A stretch of 64,000 bases of DNA from the human T2T-CHM13v2.0 reference genome, Homo sapiens (GCF_009914755.1 NC_060933.1), one strand, 5' to 3'. Positions 18,811-37,279 are shown, counted from the first letter of the stretch. Numbers and translations are program-made. The notes: generated by a model not told the origin, from the letters alone.

Positions 18811-21719
18811 TTGTTTTTGTTGTTAATACAGAGAGTACCAGGAGCAGGCATATCACATAGGTAATACTTTTCTTTTGTGTTCATATTCTAGAAAACTTTA
18901 GCTTTTATTGCTACTCTCTGGTTTTATATGCAAAAGTTTATTCTGAAAAAATACTGGAAGATCAATATATTAAATATCAAATGTAGTCTTATAGTGAAGT
19001 AATTAACGACTCTCTCTCTGAATAATCATGAGCACTTGCTTGTTCTATCTGTAACATGGGTATATCAACATGTATTCATGGAAGAATATTTCATATTTGA
19101 TAGTCAACTAGCCTATCTCATTTCAGATTGGTCAAGTATCATTCTGGCTTTCAGTGCTCACACTGTACCATCCAGTCATTATTAAAACATTGCACCAGGC
19201 ACAAAACTGGTTCAGGTGCCAGGATACAGGAACAAGATAGCACAGCCCCACTCTCACAGAGCTTGCAATCTATTTGGGGGCAGACAAGTCAACAAGTAAG
19301 CAAATAAGAATATCAGGTCAATTCCAAGATAACAGCTATGAAGAAATAAAGCCAAGTTATAGAACCAGGCAACTAAGAGTAAATGGTGCAAGGATAATTT
19401 CAGGTAGTGTGATCTGGAAAGGCCTTGTCAAGAGATGAACTTTTGAGCTGAGACGTGAAGATAAGGAAGAAACAGCCATGTATGTGGAACAAGAGTGGGG
19501 AACAGAAAAGAATGTTCCAGGCAGGAAAAAAAGCAAGCTTAAAGACCCAGAGGTAACAAATGTTGTGTTTGAAAAACACAAAGGTGAGTTTGGCTTCAGC
19601 CCAGCAAACCAGTGGGAGAATGACCCTGTGTACATTCCGAGAGGTAGGAAAGCATTTGGCATTTATTCCAAGTGTAAGTAAAAGACACTGAATTTAAGTA
19701 AGGTAATAATATAAATCTAAGTTTTTAAATGGACCAAAGAAGGGCAAATGTGGGAGATGGGAAATCAAGAGGACACTGCAATAACGCAGGTGAATTGCAG
19801 CTTTGGATAGGGGAAGAAGTGGTGAGATTTGGCAAATGTTTAACACCAGAGACAATGCTGGCAGATGGGCTGTGGCAATTTCCTGGGATAATAGGATACA
19901 TGTGTGAAATTTTCATAGCCCTGTAGAATAAAGGCATGATTTTAAAAAACAAATTCAAGAAATTAACTAGAGCAATATTAAATACACCTTAATATTTAAA
20001 GACATCTGCCTCCTTTTCTTTTCATGATTCCACTGTCTGAAAGCTTACATTTTAGTTTTTGAGTTTGCCTTTACCAATCCATTTAGGAAAAGTTATTTTA
20101 TGGAAAATATCACATTTTTGTTGTAGATCTTTGTAATTTGGCGCTGCCCAGCATCTGAGCACTTACCTTCTGGGGGAAGAGTTTCAAGAAAGGTAGGAGG
20201 CAGCAGCCCACCCCCTTTCCCTATGGTAGAAAGCTAAGGCTGGCAGAATTTTATTTAACAAGCACCTAAAATAAATAGCACTGACTATGTGCCAGGCACT
20301 ATTCTAAACGCTCTAAAAATGACAACTCATTTAATCCTCATAATAGTATGTGCCTCATTGGGTTGTTATTCCCCTTTAACAGATGAAGAAACTAATGTAC
20401 ATTCCAGGATGCACACAGCTTATCAGTGGAAAAGCCTATATTTTAAACCCAGCAAGGCTGGCTCCAAAGAACATGCTAACCGCTGTGTCACACTGCCTCC
20501 CCCCAACAACCTGGTAGATGAGCACAATCAGACAGATGGAGGTTTTGAAAAGTGACACCAGGGTGCAGAAGATGGTCACAGGTGATTTGCAGCTCTGCTG
20601 TGAATATAAGTGTCTAGCAGCAGCAGCAGCAGCGACTGGCAGGGTGGTGGAGTCCACTGACTGTGTCCTTGACAGTCTTGTCTGGTACTAGCATTTGCTA
20701 TGTCCAGAGTCCCTTAAATCCTGCCCTTTTGCGGAGCCTCCTCTCCAATTTCCATTAATTCTATTTCCTGCTTCCACTCTAATAAATTATTACTCTGCTT
20801 ACATGGTCAACAATCAAGAATCTTGGCCAGCATGGCTAATTTACCCATCAGCAGAGAGCCAATCTTCATAATGAATGTGAGGGCTCTTGCAGAGGCTTTT
20901 GTGGTCCCTTCCAACTTTAGAGCCCTTGGATTTCCGCTAGTATATTTTCTTCCTCTAACAGTAGTTGTAGCTGTGGCTACCTGGCTCACAGGGATCCCAG
21001 TCCCCGGCCATCTGCACTCAGGTGACAGTCATGTCCATGATACATGTCCCCTGGCCAGAACTGATTGATCCAGGAGTGCACCCTGATGCCACAACCTGGC
21101 TATAAAGGTCTGCAGAGAGGGCTCTCAAGCTTGGAAGGGGATGGGGTCAAGTCCTGTTGATGGCTGTGCCTTGAGTCCCCTAACCCAACTGCCCTGGCAC
21201 TTGCTCTTTCTCATTTATTATTCAAATCCTCTTTGAATTCCATGAGATGCCCTGGTGACAGTCCTTCCGATAAATGATTGTCTCCTCTTTGAATTTCAAC
21301 CATCTTTAGTATCATCATAGCTTTGCTCCAATAATTCACTGAAAATCCCTCTCTGACTTCCCAATATCATGAACTCCCTTCATATAGCCCTACACATGGG
21401 AGTTGTTACAGTGGTATTTTTCCCTTTGTGGTTTAAGTATCATGGGAAATGAGAAAGCAAAAGATGACAGACTAGAAGGCATCTTTTAAAAAGAAAAAGA
21501 AAAAAAGACCATTTGAAGATTAAGACTTTATTTGCATTGCTTTTTGCCAAACTCCACTGTCAGATTTTTCCACTTTATATCTGCCCACAGCTTAAGACTT
21601 ATTAAAGCCTCAAAAATTTCATCCTCTAATGACATGACTTAGCACCTTGATTCTTTAGGTACTTGGATACTGTACTAGTAATTGATCTGAATTAGGGACT
21701 TGATATCTTTGTTTCAAGT

Positions 21720-23010
21720 GGCTTAAAGATTTTTTTTAAAAGATCCAGTTCTCCAATAAAAGGAAGCAGAGCCCCTCTGAGAAACAGCTGATTTCTTCCC
21801 CAGCTGGGGAAGAATTGGTACAAGACGAGCCTGGGGCATGTTATGCCAGAAAACAATAAAATGCTCAAAAAAAAAAAAAAAAAAAAACAACAGACAGAGG
21901 CATGTCACAGTGACACAGGAGCCAGCTTGAAGGGGATCTCATTGCACAAGTCGGGTATGATTTGAGCACCAAAATGATTAAGAACAGTAATGAAGTAAAA
22001 AATCATTGAGGGAAAAAAACCTAGGTATTCATGAATTTGCATGGGAAGGAAGGAAGGAGGGGAGGGGAGGGGAGGGGAGGGGAGGGGAGGGGGGGGAAGG
22101 AAGGAAGGAAGGAAGGAAGGAAGGAAGGAAGGAAGGAAGGAAGGAAGGAAGGAAGGGCAAAGGTAAGGCTGTTGCAGTAGAATGTCAAATGCCAACTGGT
22201 AAATGTGGAGAGTGCTGGAGTTGGAAAATCATTCTGCAGATACCATGTTATAGATTGGATCAACTGGAAACCATCAATGACTCCTAAATCTTGATAAGAA
22301 GCAGGGTATTTACTAGCCTTATAAAGTGTCTCTCCACAAAATTATGATACAGTGGATAAAACAGACAATATCTTAACCAGGCCATCAGAGTTATCACCAC
22401 CACAGAGGAGCAGATGGACATGGTGTGCCTCCAGATGCCACCCCCGAGAAGGACACAACAGCACGTATCCAGTGTTCCAGCCAGAAAAGCACAGTGGGGA
22501 TCGCTAATCGTAAGAAAATCACCAGTTAAATCCCAAATGAGAAACCGTCTGTTAAAAAAAAAGGGAGAGGGGACTGTATTTTTCAAAAATTCAGTGTCGT
22601 AGAAGCAATGACTTTGTGGAAAAGTTCCAGATTAAAGAAACTAAAAGGATATGAGAACCAAATGCAATCCCTGAGCCTCCTCTGGACCCTGTACTGGAGG
22701 TGGGGGAACACCACTAAGGACGTTATTGGGTGAACCAACAAAACTGGGATATGGATAATAGATTGGACACAAATATTGCATCAAAGTGAAATGTACAGAC
22801 CTTTCATAAGTGTACTGCGCTTATGTAAGAGATTATCCCTATTTTTAGAAAAACACGCTTAAGAGTTTAGGGAAAAAAAGGCCACAATACATTTAACTTA
22901 CCCTCAAACACTGCCAAGGGAAAAGGGCATACCTATGTTGTTTGTGCTATTCTTATTCTTGCAAATTCTTTGTAAATTTTAAATCGGTTCCAAATAAAAA
23001 GTAAACAAAC
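21720..23010 (+). mobile_element. Old L1M (L1MC/L1MD-like) 3' UTR fragment, interrupted by a purine microsatellite
   Basis: Resembles L1MC/MD 3' ends (CCAGTTCTCCAATAAAAGGAA..., TGTGCTATTCTTATTCTTGCAAATTCTTTGTAAATTTTAAATCGGTTCCAAATAAAAAG). Confidence 0.6.
22044..22156 (+). repeat. Compound purine microsatellite (GGAA)3-(GGGGA)n-(GGAA)15
   Basis: 15 uninterrupted GGAA units at 22095-22154, preceded by GGGGA repeats. Confidence 0.97.
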
Positions 23011-23380
23011 AAAAAAAAAGATTTGGAGCAGGAGATTGACTGCAAAGGCACAGGGAACTTTCCAGGATGATGGAAGTGTTTATAGATTGTGATCATACAT
23101 TTGTCAAAACTCAAAGTGTACACTTAAGCCTGGTGACTTACTGTATTCAATAAAGATGATTTGCAAAAGGTACAGAGGGTAAAAGTCCAGTATTTCAAAA
23201 GGTTCTGTATTCATTTAAGGGTAGACAGAAGAAGAGGTACGTGCATTTGCCTCTTGAAAGGCCTCAGGAACTGCTGTGTTATAGATGGAAGCAAACTATC
23301 TAGTGAGATTGGTTTGCTCCAGCCAGGATGAACAGAAGCCACAGACAAAACCACACAATCCTCCTTTCTGAAGCATATTA

Positions 23381-23785
<405 letters not shown>

Positions 23786-24219
23786 TCAATGAAATCTGGT
23801 CCCCAAGGGATCCTTCATATGATCCCAGATCCTAAGAACACCATTTACTGTCCTCAGAAATTTCCCTAGATGGTGAGGAGAGTTTGTGCATGTCTCACCC
23901 AAGCCCCCATGCGCAGACAATTGTTTGCATCTTACCCTCACCATAGTTCAAGGCCCACTCAGATGATGCCTCCTCCAGAGGCTCCCCCTTTACGCTCTGC
24001 CTGTTCTACCTCTTAATCTCTGTTAAGCTTTTATGACCATCTTCCTCATAACAGCTATTTGTGAACTGTCCTTCTCCAACTCAGCCCTTGGGAAGGAATC
24101 CCTGCACTGTGGCTGGCACCTTGGAAAAGGCTGTTGCATTGAACTAAGCTCAGATAAAGGAACGTGGGCATATTTACCATTTCATTCCTTTTCTTCTTCA
24201 GAGTGGGAAGGTGTTGTCA

Positions 24220-24512
<293 letters not shown>

Positions 24513-24990
24513 CAATCGGTGTTGTCACTTTCTACCTTAAAACTCACACTATTTGCACCATTTTCTGGAATGGACTTCCTGCCCAGGAACATGATGGCTA
24601 ATTCTGAAATGGGATTTTGTTATAACCAATCCAATAAAACTTTTTGGGACCAGATTTTCAACTTTTTGGTGTAAGCAGGAAGAGGAATTTTAAATCAGTT
24701 TATGGCTCAGAAAACACTAAGGGAAACTCAAAGTAAAACATTTCTGTTAAAGCACTACCACAACAGTTTATACAAACTTCTATGCAACCCACAGTTGGTC
24801 AACTAAAATGGAAAATGACACCTCTCTAGGGCCTGAAAATACTCAAAAAACAGAGTGATGATAGCTGATACTGAGCACTCACTGCCATCCAAAGCCCAGA
24901 GAATTTAGTCCACAGCTAAGACACTGTAGGGCTAGGGTTCAAACCCAGGCAGACTGGGCTAAGAATCTACATTTTTCATCTCTACACCAG

Positions 24991-25664
24991 TGTTTCTGGC
25001 TGAATTTAGTCCTCCCGCCAAAGTTTTTATGTTGAAATCCCAACCACTAGTACCTCAGAATGTAACTGTATTTGAAGATAATGTCTTTAAAGAGGTGATT
25101 AGGATAAAATGAGTGGGGCCCTAATAAAATAGGAACTGGTATCCTTATAAGAAGAGGAAGTGGCACGACACAGTGGCTCATGCCTGTAATCCCGACACTT
25201 TGGGAGGTTGAGGCAGAGGGATCGTTTGAGCCCAGCGATCATTTGAGACCAGCCTAGGCAACAAAAACCAAGAAAAATAAAAATAAGCCCAGCATGGTGG
25301 CTCACGCCTATAGTCCCAACTACTAGGGAGGCTGAGGTGGGAGGATGCTTGAGCCCAGGAGGTCAAGGCCGTAGGAAGCCGTGACTGTATTACTGAACTC
25401 CAACCTAAAGAGTGTCAAAAAAAAAAAAAAAAAAAAAAAAAAAGACACAGGAATGTGCATGCCCAGAAGAAAGGCCATGTGAGGCCACAGTGAGAAGGCA
25501 GCTGTCTGCAAGCCAAGGAGAGAGGCCTCCGGAAAAACCAAACCTGCCAAGCCAACACCTTGCTCTTGGACTTCCAGCTCCATAACTGTGAGAAAATTAA
25601 TTTCCTTTGTTGAAGCCTCCCAGTCTGTGGTATTTTGTTATGGCAGCCCTAGCAAACTAATTCA
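24991..25664 (+). mobile_element. MLT1B-like MaLR LTR interrupted by an Alu (25161-25442)
   Basis: TACCTCAGAATGTAACTGTATTTGAAGAT... before the Alu and ...TTTTGTTATGGCAGCCCTAGCAAACTAATTCA after it. Confidence 0.8.
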
Positions 25665-28622
25665 GCCATATCTGTTAAATGCTCAATTCCTCTTCCTTCC
25701 AGAGAGCTCCAAGGTAAGGTCTGCATCCAGAATTAAAACACTCAACCCAATTAACAAGCCACACTTCACCAATCTGCATTTAACAGGAAAATCAATAAAA
25801 CATCATTTTCCCTTATTTAATAGCTATTGTCCTGACACTTTCTCCCTATGCTGATCAGTACTCACCAATGTTCTTATCAGAACTTTTTTGTCCTACTTTT
25901 ATGCAAGGAACTGATAAGAAATTTCTTTCTACTAAATTCAACCATCTCCTTTATTTTCTCCATCTCTTTCTGATGAGAAAGTGTCACACCAACATCTTGC
26001 AATTATTAGCCTTAACCAAACAACAGCTTTTATCTTTCCCTAGTAGACACTGACCTGTGCTTTTATTAAGCAGAAACAGGATACTGCACTTCAGAAACAT
26101 CCTCACATCATTTTTTTGCAAAAGCATGCTTCATTGTGAAAGAGATGGTGTCTTTGGGGGTCATCCCATACTCCACAAAAGGATTCCAAACTCCCATTTG
26201 CAAAGTGAGGTTTTTAACTGAGGCACCTGAGCAGTGGATGCTCTAATCTACCCACTAGAGAGATGGGTGAATTTTTCACTCGAATTGCATGACTTCAGAC
26301 AAAATGGTGCACATCCTCCCCTAATTCCTGTCACTTCTGAGTCATTGGCTCTTCCTTGAGAAGAAATGGAGCTATGCCCCAGGACTTTACAGATTGAAAT
26401 AAATCAGAGGTTTTGAAGTCCATCCTTGGAGTTCTGAACGGCTCTGTGTGGTTTAGAAACTATTTTTCACAGGAAAGTTTTCACTAAGGGGATATGCTAG
26501 TCACAACTCCGCAAGATGAAAATGGGAGTTTCCAGAGGTCAGACAGTGCCTCAAGGTGGTAGGAGGAGGGTTGGAGCAATGGCCTGGGAAGATAAAGAAG
26601 ACCCTCGGGTCACCCTGATTAATGTGACTTTCAGAGCAAACAATTTACCTACAAACATTTCTCCCCTAGTTTGTGGGTAAATGCGAGAATTTTACATCAA
26701 ACAGGCTTATTACCAATACAGTACAGCTCAGCTGACTACACAATTTTTCATACAAAGAGCCAGCATTTGTCAAGCTCCTGGTATATTCTGGACACTGTAC
26801 TTCATACATTGACACAAATCAAAGCATTGCAAAATGAAATAGGGTTCAGCCTGCCCTTATAAAGAAAAAAGTTACATACGCAACTAAACCCCTCTGGTTT
26901 GTGGGGTTCAGGGCAAAAGTACAAAGCCCCGCACCCATAGTTATTTTCTAGTGTTAATCAAGCTAGCAAATTCTCACGTATTCCTCCTCCCTTGACAAAG
27001 GTAGCTTTATAACAGCCTAGAAGGCCAGGGACAATTTAGAATTTTCAGACTTTTCAAAGTTATGGGTCAGACACAGAAATAGCAGACCTGGCCAATGAAC
27101 AGAGCCCCTTCCCTTCCCCACCCAAGCTCCCTCTCTCCTAGGGGGGCCTCTTGGGCACCCACGGGGACTCCCTCCACTCCTACCCAGCCCACATTTCCAA
27201 GCACTTTTACGCCCCAGCAAACAGCTGCCCCTTTGTGAGCTCTCCAGGGATCAGGTCTGCCTTCTTTTCTAGGGCTCAGGCCTTAGAAGCTGGTATGGGT
27301 CCCTTTGGGCTGGGTATTCATTCCATCCAGGTCTTGGGAGGGAGGGGGCAGCATGGTCTCTGGGTAGCAAGCCCCTTTGGACCTACAGACTTCCAGCTCT
27401 GTGGGGAGGGGCACACCCCCCCCCAACCCCCAGAAGGCCAGACTGGGCCCTTTAAACCCAGGGGATAAGGATAAGGGGGTTCTTCCGCCCAGGTCTGAAG
27501 GCCATACTGGCTGAGAGCCTTCTCTATATTACACTAACTAGATCAACTTTTTCTTTCCTTGAAGCTTTCTGGGAGGGTGATTCCTATACAAGGAATAAAG
27601 ATGAATAAATAGATGGTATAAGAGAAGATTCCTGTTCAAAAGGGGTGAAAGAAAAAAAGTTGAAATCTTTGTGGCTATCTAGAAAAAAATTGACAGCTGA
27701 TATCATGGTCTGAAAGGTAGAAAAGGTAAAATATTCCTCAAACAGCAAATGTGTTGACAGCGTTCTAGAAAGTCTGAGATGGGATCCTTGCCTCATGGCA
27801 TAACTTGGGCAAACCTTAAACTGTGTTCTTTCTGTGTTTGAAAGTGGATGTCCTACCCAGACCTTTGCAGAGACACCAAAAGAGCTGGATGAAGACCTGC
27901 CAGAGGCACCAGGGCAGCCAAGCTGAATCCTAGGACGTGGACACACTGAGTCAAGCTGGGCAAGGGAGGTTTGGGTCCGCTGCAAACACAAAGGCCTGAG
28001 GGACCCCCATGGGAGGCAGGCATAGGAGCTCACGGTCAGAGGAGCAGCAACGGCATGGGCTTCACCCCCACAGCTGACCTAGCATCGGCTTTGCCTTTTC
28101 TCAATCAGGGCAAGTTGGTCAGTTCTCCAGGCCTCCATGTTTTAATTCTCTAGAATAGCGATATCACCTGCCCGCATCACCAGGTGGTGATGCCCTTAAG
28201 AACTTAGCACGATCTGGCACATGGTAAATTCTCAAGATGCTTCATCTAGAACTGAAAGCGTACGGGTCAGAGCTAGCGCTGAACCCAAGATGTGGGTCAC
28301 CACAGACCCCAAGCTGGGTGTGCTGCGGGCGGAGGAGTGGACGGGGTTTTGAGGAGAGGGGCACACCGGAACACATAAGGTACAGCGGTCAAGAGGTTAA
28401 GTGTTACAGGTCCCTATCCTGTTTTGGGGCAGGGGAAGGTGTTGCTTTTGCAAGTCGCCCAGCCAGAGATGGAAAGAACAGGCACCTAAGGCCCCAAGTT
28501 GCTGGCATCCGTGAGCTCCGAGGGGGAGAAGGACGAAGCCGCCCTGCACCCCGCTGGGCTCCAGGGCCGCGCGGGTGCCAGTGGAGAGGCCGGGAGGGCT
28601 CGGAAGAAAAACGCCCGGCTCA

Positions 28623-29300
<678 letters not shown>

Positions 29301-31356
29301 GAAAGGTTCCCGCTAGCGTTTGTGGCTCTAAGTGGCAGGAGGAGGCGGAGCATCTTGAACCTGCAGCCCTGGCGTCTGCTGGACTTGCCCTTCTGGGCAC
29401 CCCAAGCCGAAGGCGCCTGGAAGTGAAAGGGGACGAGCAGGGGGCGCGGAGCTGGGGGTGGGAGCTGGCACCTCTAGGAGCAGCTCCCACACTTGCCTCC
29501 CTGGCTGGGGCGTCCCGGCCAAGGTTTGCTGTAATCTGCGCGTCTGGCCGCCAGGCACCGGGTTCCGACAGGTGAGTGAGTTTCGCCAACTCACTCGCTC
29601 GGAGAAGGCGGCAGCAGGCTGGAAGAGGAGCGGCGCCAAGCGTCTGTTGCGGGACACAAAGCCCCGGACCTGAAGTGGAAGCTTGCCCACCAGCTTCACC
29701 ACCACGCACACCCGGATTTCCTAGACTGGCTCCTTCCGCTTCCCGGACGCCCCGGCCCAGCTCGGGCTTGGCCAAAGCCCTTGGTCAGCTCGGCAATTTG
29801 CCTGTAAAGTGTGGCTGGGCCTGAGCCTGCTGGCTCTGAGCTCGGAGAAGGAGCCGCCGCTGGGTTCAGTTATAAGAGAACTGCAAGAGCCCAGGGTAAA
29901 TATCCTCTCGGTCTCCGGACGAGGGGGCTGGGGAGAAAGGGAACGGCTGATTGCTTTGCATTTTATGATGGGAAAGACACCTGCTTTGTAGAAAGGGCTG
30001 ATACGTTCCTAGTAGCACCTGGCAAGTTTCCTGCCCAGCCCTGAAGCCTAACAGCCGCCTTGCGATTGTGTCCACACTGACACCTTGGCCTGTATCCTGG
30101 ACCGTCGGGGTCAAGTTTGAGCAGCATTAATAAAAACTTTAAAAGCACCTCTTAGTACTTAAGTGACACGATAAAATGCATATTACAACATCTGACTTTT
30201 GTCTGTGTAGATTTTGATGCAGAAAAGGGAAGGTGGGGAGAGGGGATCCTATTGGCCACAGCAATGAACGTTCTTTCCTTCTCAAGTCAGTATAGGCCAT
30301 ATGCTAATGGGGCGTTAGGCAATTAGCTAGCGCTTCCTCTACTAAGAGCAGGCATAAGTGCCTTTCATTTGAGTAGCATATATTTTATAAATTCAAACTG
30401 AGGAGCACATTGAGTGGAATGGTACGTGTCATTATATAAAGAAGTTGGTATCGCGATGCTATCTGGCTGCATGTTCTTATTATTTTACAGTTTAAGAAAT
30501 GTAGAGGAATCAGACATTAAAAATGTGCATACATGCTTTAATGTGTGACTATTTTAGTTTTCTTGCAGGCATAAATTGACAGTAACAGTGACCCCTACAG
30601 GAAAACTCCTGGACATTTCAGATTTGATCTTTGGCCATTTAATAGCCTGTTTCTTCTCTCTTAGCTCTTACGGATTCATTTACAATTTGAGAATAAGATC
30701 TCTTGGCTTCTCAAAGTCATGGTTGCATCATAATTGTTATCATTTAAAAATTATAAAAAATTTTTAAATGATTAAAACTAGGGCAAATTTGAACTCTTAC
30801 GTTAACGGGAATTACTGATACTGACCTATTAGGTTTAAAGTTGGCAAGATTTCAAAAACAGTTATGAAACATATTGATTAGGGCAAATCTGTACAACTTT
30901 CCTGGGCTAGTCAGCTTGGCAGTATATATCTGAAGCCTTAAACATGTCCGTCCCCTTCGGCCAAACCAGTAATTTCTCCCTTAAGAAATAACTAGAAAGA
31001 AGCCTCATGACTGATGCAAAGGTTTTATTGCCAATACAACAACAAAAACTCACAACCTAAATACCTAACAACAGGGAAGAGATCACTTAAATCATGGTTT
31101 ATCCATACAATGAGATGTTTTGGAGCCATTAAATATGTGGATATGCGAGTAGTAAACATGTGAATAAATTTGGAGAAAATCCTCAAAATATATTGAATGA
31201 AAAAGGCAAGATCCAAAAATATAAAGAGTATGATAAGATTTTAGTATAAGAATACGCATACACATTTTTAAGAGACTGAAGGGACACACATCAAAAAGGT
31301 AGCTTGCTGTGAGTCATGGCTGTTTGGTTGATTTTCATTGTTCATTAGAAAATTTG

Positions 31357-31689
<333 letters not shown>

Positions 31690-33216
31690 TTATTTAGGCT
31701 CCACTTTCCTTAACTATAAGATGAGAGGGATAAGCCAGAATAAGCTCAAAAGGATCACCCAACTCTAACATGCATTATTTCTTTGATGACATTCACACTT
31801 ATCCAAAATAAATTTATTTAAAAATAATCAAAAACCTAAAGTTGTTATTGAGCATCAGCCACTGGTAAGAAACAGAAAACTGGGATATCACAAGTCAATC
31901 ATTTTTATACTTCTATGTTTTATTCATCTCTGTTTTCCTTATCTGTAGAATCTGGAAGGTAAAATGATAATAATTTTAAGATATTAATTCATTGGAAACA
32001 TCTTTCCAGGAAGGGGTAGTTTTGAGAAGAGTTCTCAATAAAAGAGAATATTTATTTTCCTAAGTTATTTCAAAAAAGCTGCAATTTTATTTTATTCATC
32101 TTGAAGACGAGAGCGCAGACTGGACCTGAGTTTCAGATATCCACCAAGTGTGGGGCTACAGGGGTGAGCTAATTGTCTGATATCCCTCTGAATGTCCACT
32201 AGGTCCATACCAGCCCCTGTACCAGGCAGTGAGGATTCAGGTAATAAGACAATTCCAGACTTTCGGTAGAGCTATAGTCTAGTAGAAAGAAGTAAAACTG
32301 AGACCCTGAAATCTGAACCTACCCCTTCCTGCTTCCTTCCAGAGAACAGTGAGAGCACAGAGTCACCTGAGGGCGCTCCCCAGGCCTACAGATATGCACA
32401 GCAGCCTCATCTTCCATCACTCTCCTGGAACTCTAGACAAATGGAATTTTCTGTTCTCCCTACCTCCTGCCTCCATGCCTCGGTGCATGCTGTTCCATCT
32501 TCCAGGAATACCATCTCTTACCCTAGGCAAAATTAGGTAATTTCTTTTTCAATTACATCTCTTCTGAGGAAGCAACTCCAGCCCTTGTCAGTTACATCCA
32601 TCTTTCCCTACTGCTGGAACACTGTCAACATCTCACTCTATTACACCCGTCTGTTTCTTCTAATCTATGAGTTACTCACAGGTAAAGAGTTTTTCTTACT
32701 TATCCTGGTATTCCTAAATTAGCAAGTTTCAGTTGACTAACCTTAAATACTGAAACCAAGAAGAATTAGTCTGAGATGCAAGAAAAGAAGGTTCTTGTGG
32801 TGGAAGACAGTGAAAACCAATAAGCAAGTACAAAACAAATGAATGTATAACTTAGGAAGAACTTGTATATATGAGCTGCCCTCACCTGCCACTGGCCCCC
32901 TTAGAGAGAATGACTGCCCTGTTTCTAATTCAGAATGCCAAGGAAATGTGCAAATAGAGGGCTGGAAAGATGCAGTTCACTTTCACAAGTGTATTGTCTC
33001 TGAACTTAACAAGTAACATAGAGTAAAAATAGGACCTTGAGGAAGTTCACAAAGCACTAATACTAATGTACCTTTGCTGCTCTATGTCAGCATTTTTCAA
33101 ACTGCAGTTGTGACACATTCCTAGGGTGTGGCCAATATTTTTTCTTAAGAATAAAATATAAAGAGCCAATATCAAGGTTGCTGTATGTATTATTATTTAA
33201 TAAAATGTTTTTTAAC

Positions 33217-33508
<292 letters not shown>

Positions 33509-33824
33509 TTTAGTTTTATTTTATTTTTAAGCCAAATACCCAGAGTTCAGTGAGAAAAACTTTAGTTTTAATTGTACGTGTATCAACTCTTAAGCAGCTC
33601 AGTCATCAGTGGGAGTCTGCTTGTCCATCTCCTGAATGTGTTAGTGTAAATGATTCCAAATTTTCTAATTCATTTTTCTGAATCCAATATGTTCTTTTTT
33701 TTTCAGTTTGAGTTCAATGTGTTCTCTAAAATGTTTTCAATCCTTCTTCCCCGTCACTTCTACTCCCCATCCCACCCATTGGCTCTAGTTTGGTAGGTGA
33801 GAGTTGATGGAGCAATGATGGATA

Positions 33825-34038
33825 ATGATTGATTGATTGATTGTTTTTAAAAAAATTTTAGATTCAGTGGGTACATGTGCACGTTAGTTACATGGGTATA
33901 TTTTGTGATGCTGAGGTTTGGCCTTTAATTGAACCTGTCACCCCATTAGTGAACACAGTAACTAATAGGTAGTTTTTCACCCCTTTCCCCTGCCCCCACT
34001 CCCCACTATTGGAGTCCCCAGTATCTATTGTTCCCAAC
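33825..34038 (-). mobile_element. Short 5'-truncated L1 (L1PA16/L1PB-like 3' end)
   Basis: TTTTAGATTCAGTGGGTACATGTGCACGTTAGTTACATGGGTATATT...; flanking direct repeat TGATGGATA at 33816-33824 and 34039-34047. Confidence 0.75.
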
Positions 34039-34399
34039 TGATGGATATTTAGATGGATGTGTAATACTGATGCTAGTGGTTGCTTGCACTCAACATCTAT
34101 TTTTTTTAAGGCAATCAACATGTCAACATGTTGCTCTACAATATTCTCTGTCTGAAGACCAGAAATTGTTTATTATATAACTGTTACCGAAAACGCTGGG
34201 ATGATAGACAATGAAGTCTGCCTTCAAACACACATGACTGTGAGTAGGCAGGAATTGATATTGTTTGTTTTTGAATGTGACTTTTCATTGAAGTTGGGGA
34301 ATCTCAAGAAGAAATCAAACTCTTTAAAATGTGAAGTTTGGAGGTGATTATTTGGCTTGTTTTCTTTTCCTTTTTGCTTAAATTTCCCCCTCCATTTAC

Positions 34400-36350
<1,951 letters not shown>

Positions 36351-36952
36351 ATTTACTCTTCCATGATAAACAATATCACTTAATAATGACTTCTTCCCTC
36401 AATTTCAAATCTTAACTTTAACCCTAACTTCAATTATCTTTTTGACATGTTGCCTTAGATGTCTAATGGACACCTCAATGAACAAGTGCAAAGCAAAACT
36501 CTGCATTTGTTTTCTAAAACTTATCTTTCTGCTTGCTTTTCCATCTCAGCAATCTAATCAATTGCCTCTCAACATCTAATCAATTGCCTCTCTACCTCAC
36601 CTCCCCACCTCATCTAGCAATTATGGACTTTTCCTTTAAACAGCATCCTGAATTTATTTTGGAACCACTGCATGCAGCTTTTGCACTGAGCAACTCTGGG
36701 GATGTAATACACATTTTAGTTTTGAGGGTTCCTCAGTTGTCTCTTGCTATGTCATATGTGGCTTCTCAGGTATGTTCATTCCTGTTTTTGCTGCCACCAC
36801 TTCTGAAAAAGCCACCAGCATGTCTGACCTGGACTAAAACAATATTTTTGTTTTGACCCTCTAAAATCTACCCATCACAGGACAGGACAGCCAGAATGAG
36901 CTTTGAAAATCCCCAAACACAGCCCATAATTACCTAGATTAAAATTCACCTA

Positions 36953-37279
<327 letters not shown>

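Noticed and set aside
28174-28193. Hairpin GCATCACC-AGGT-GGTGATGC with a CTCF-like core
   Set aside because: Only an 8-bp stem, within MIR-like sequence, and the motif match is imperfect; consistent with chance.
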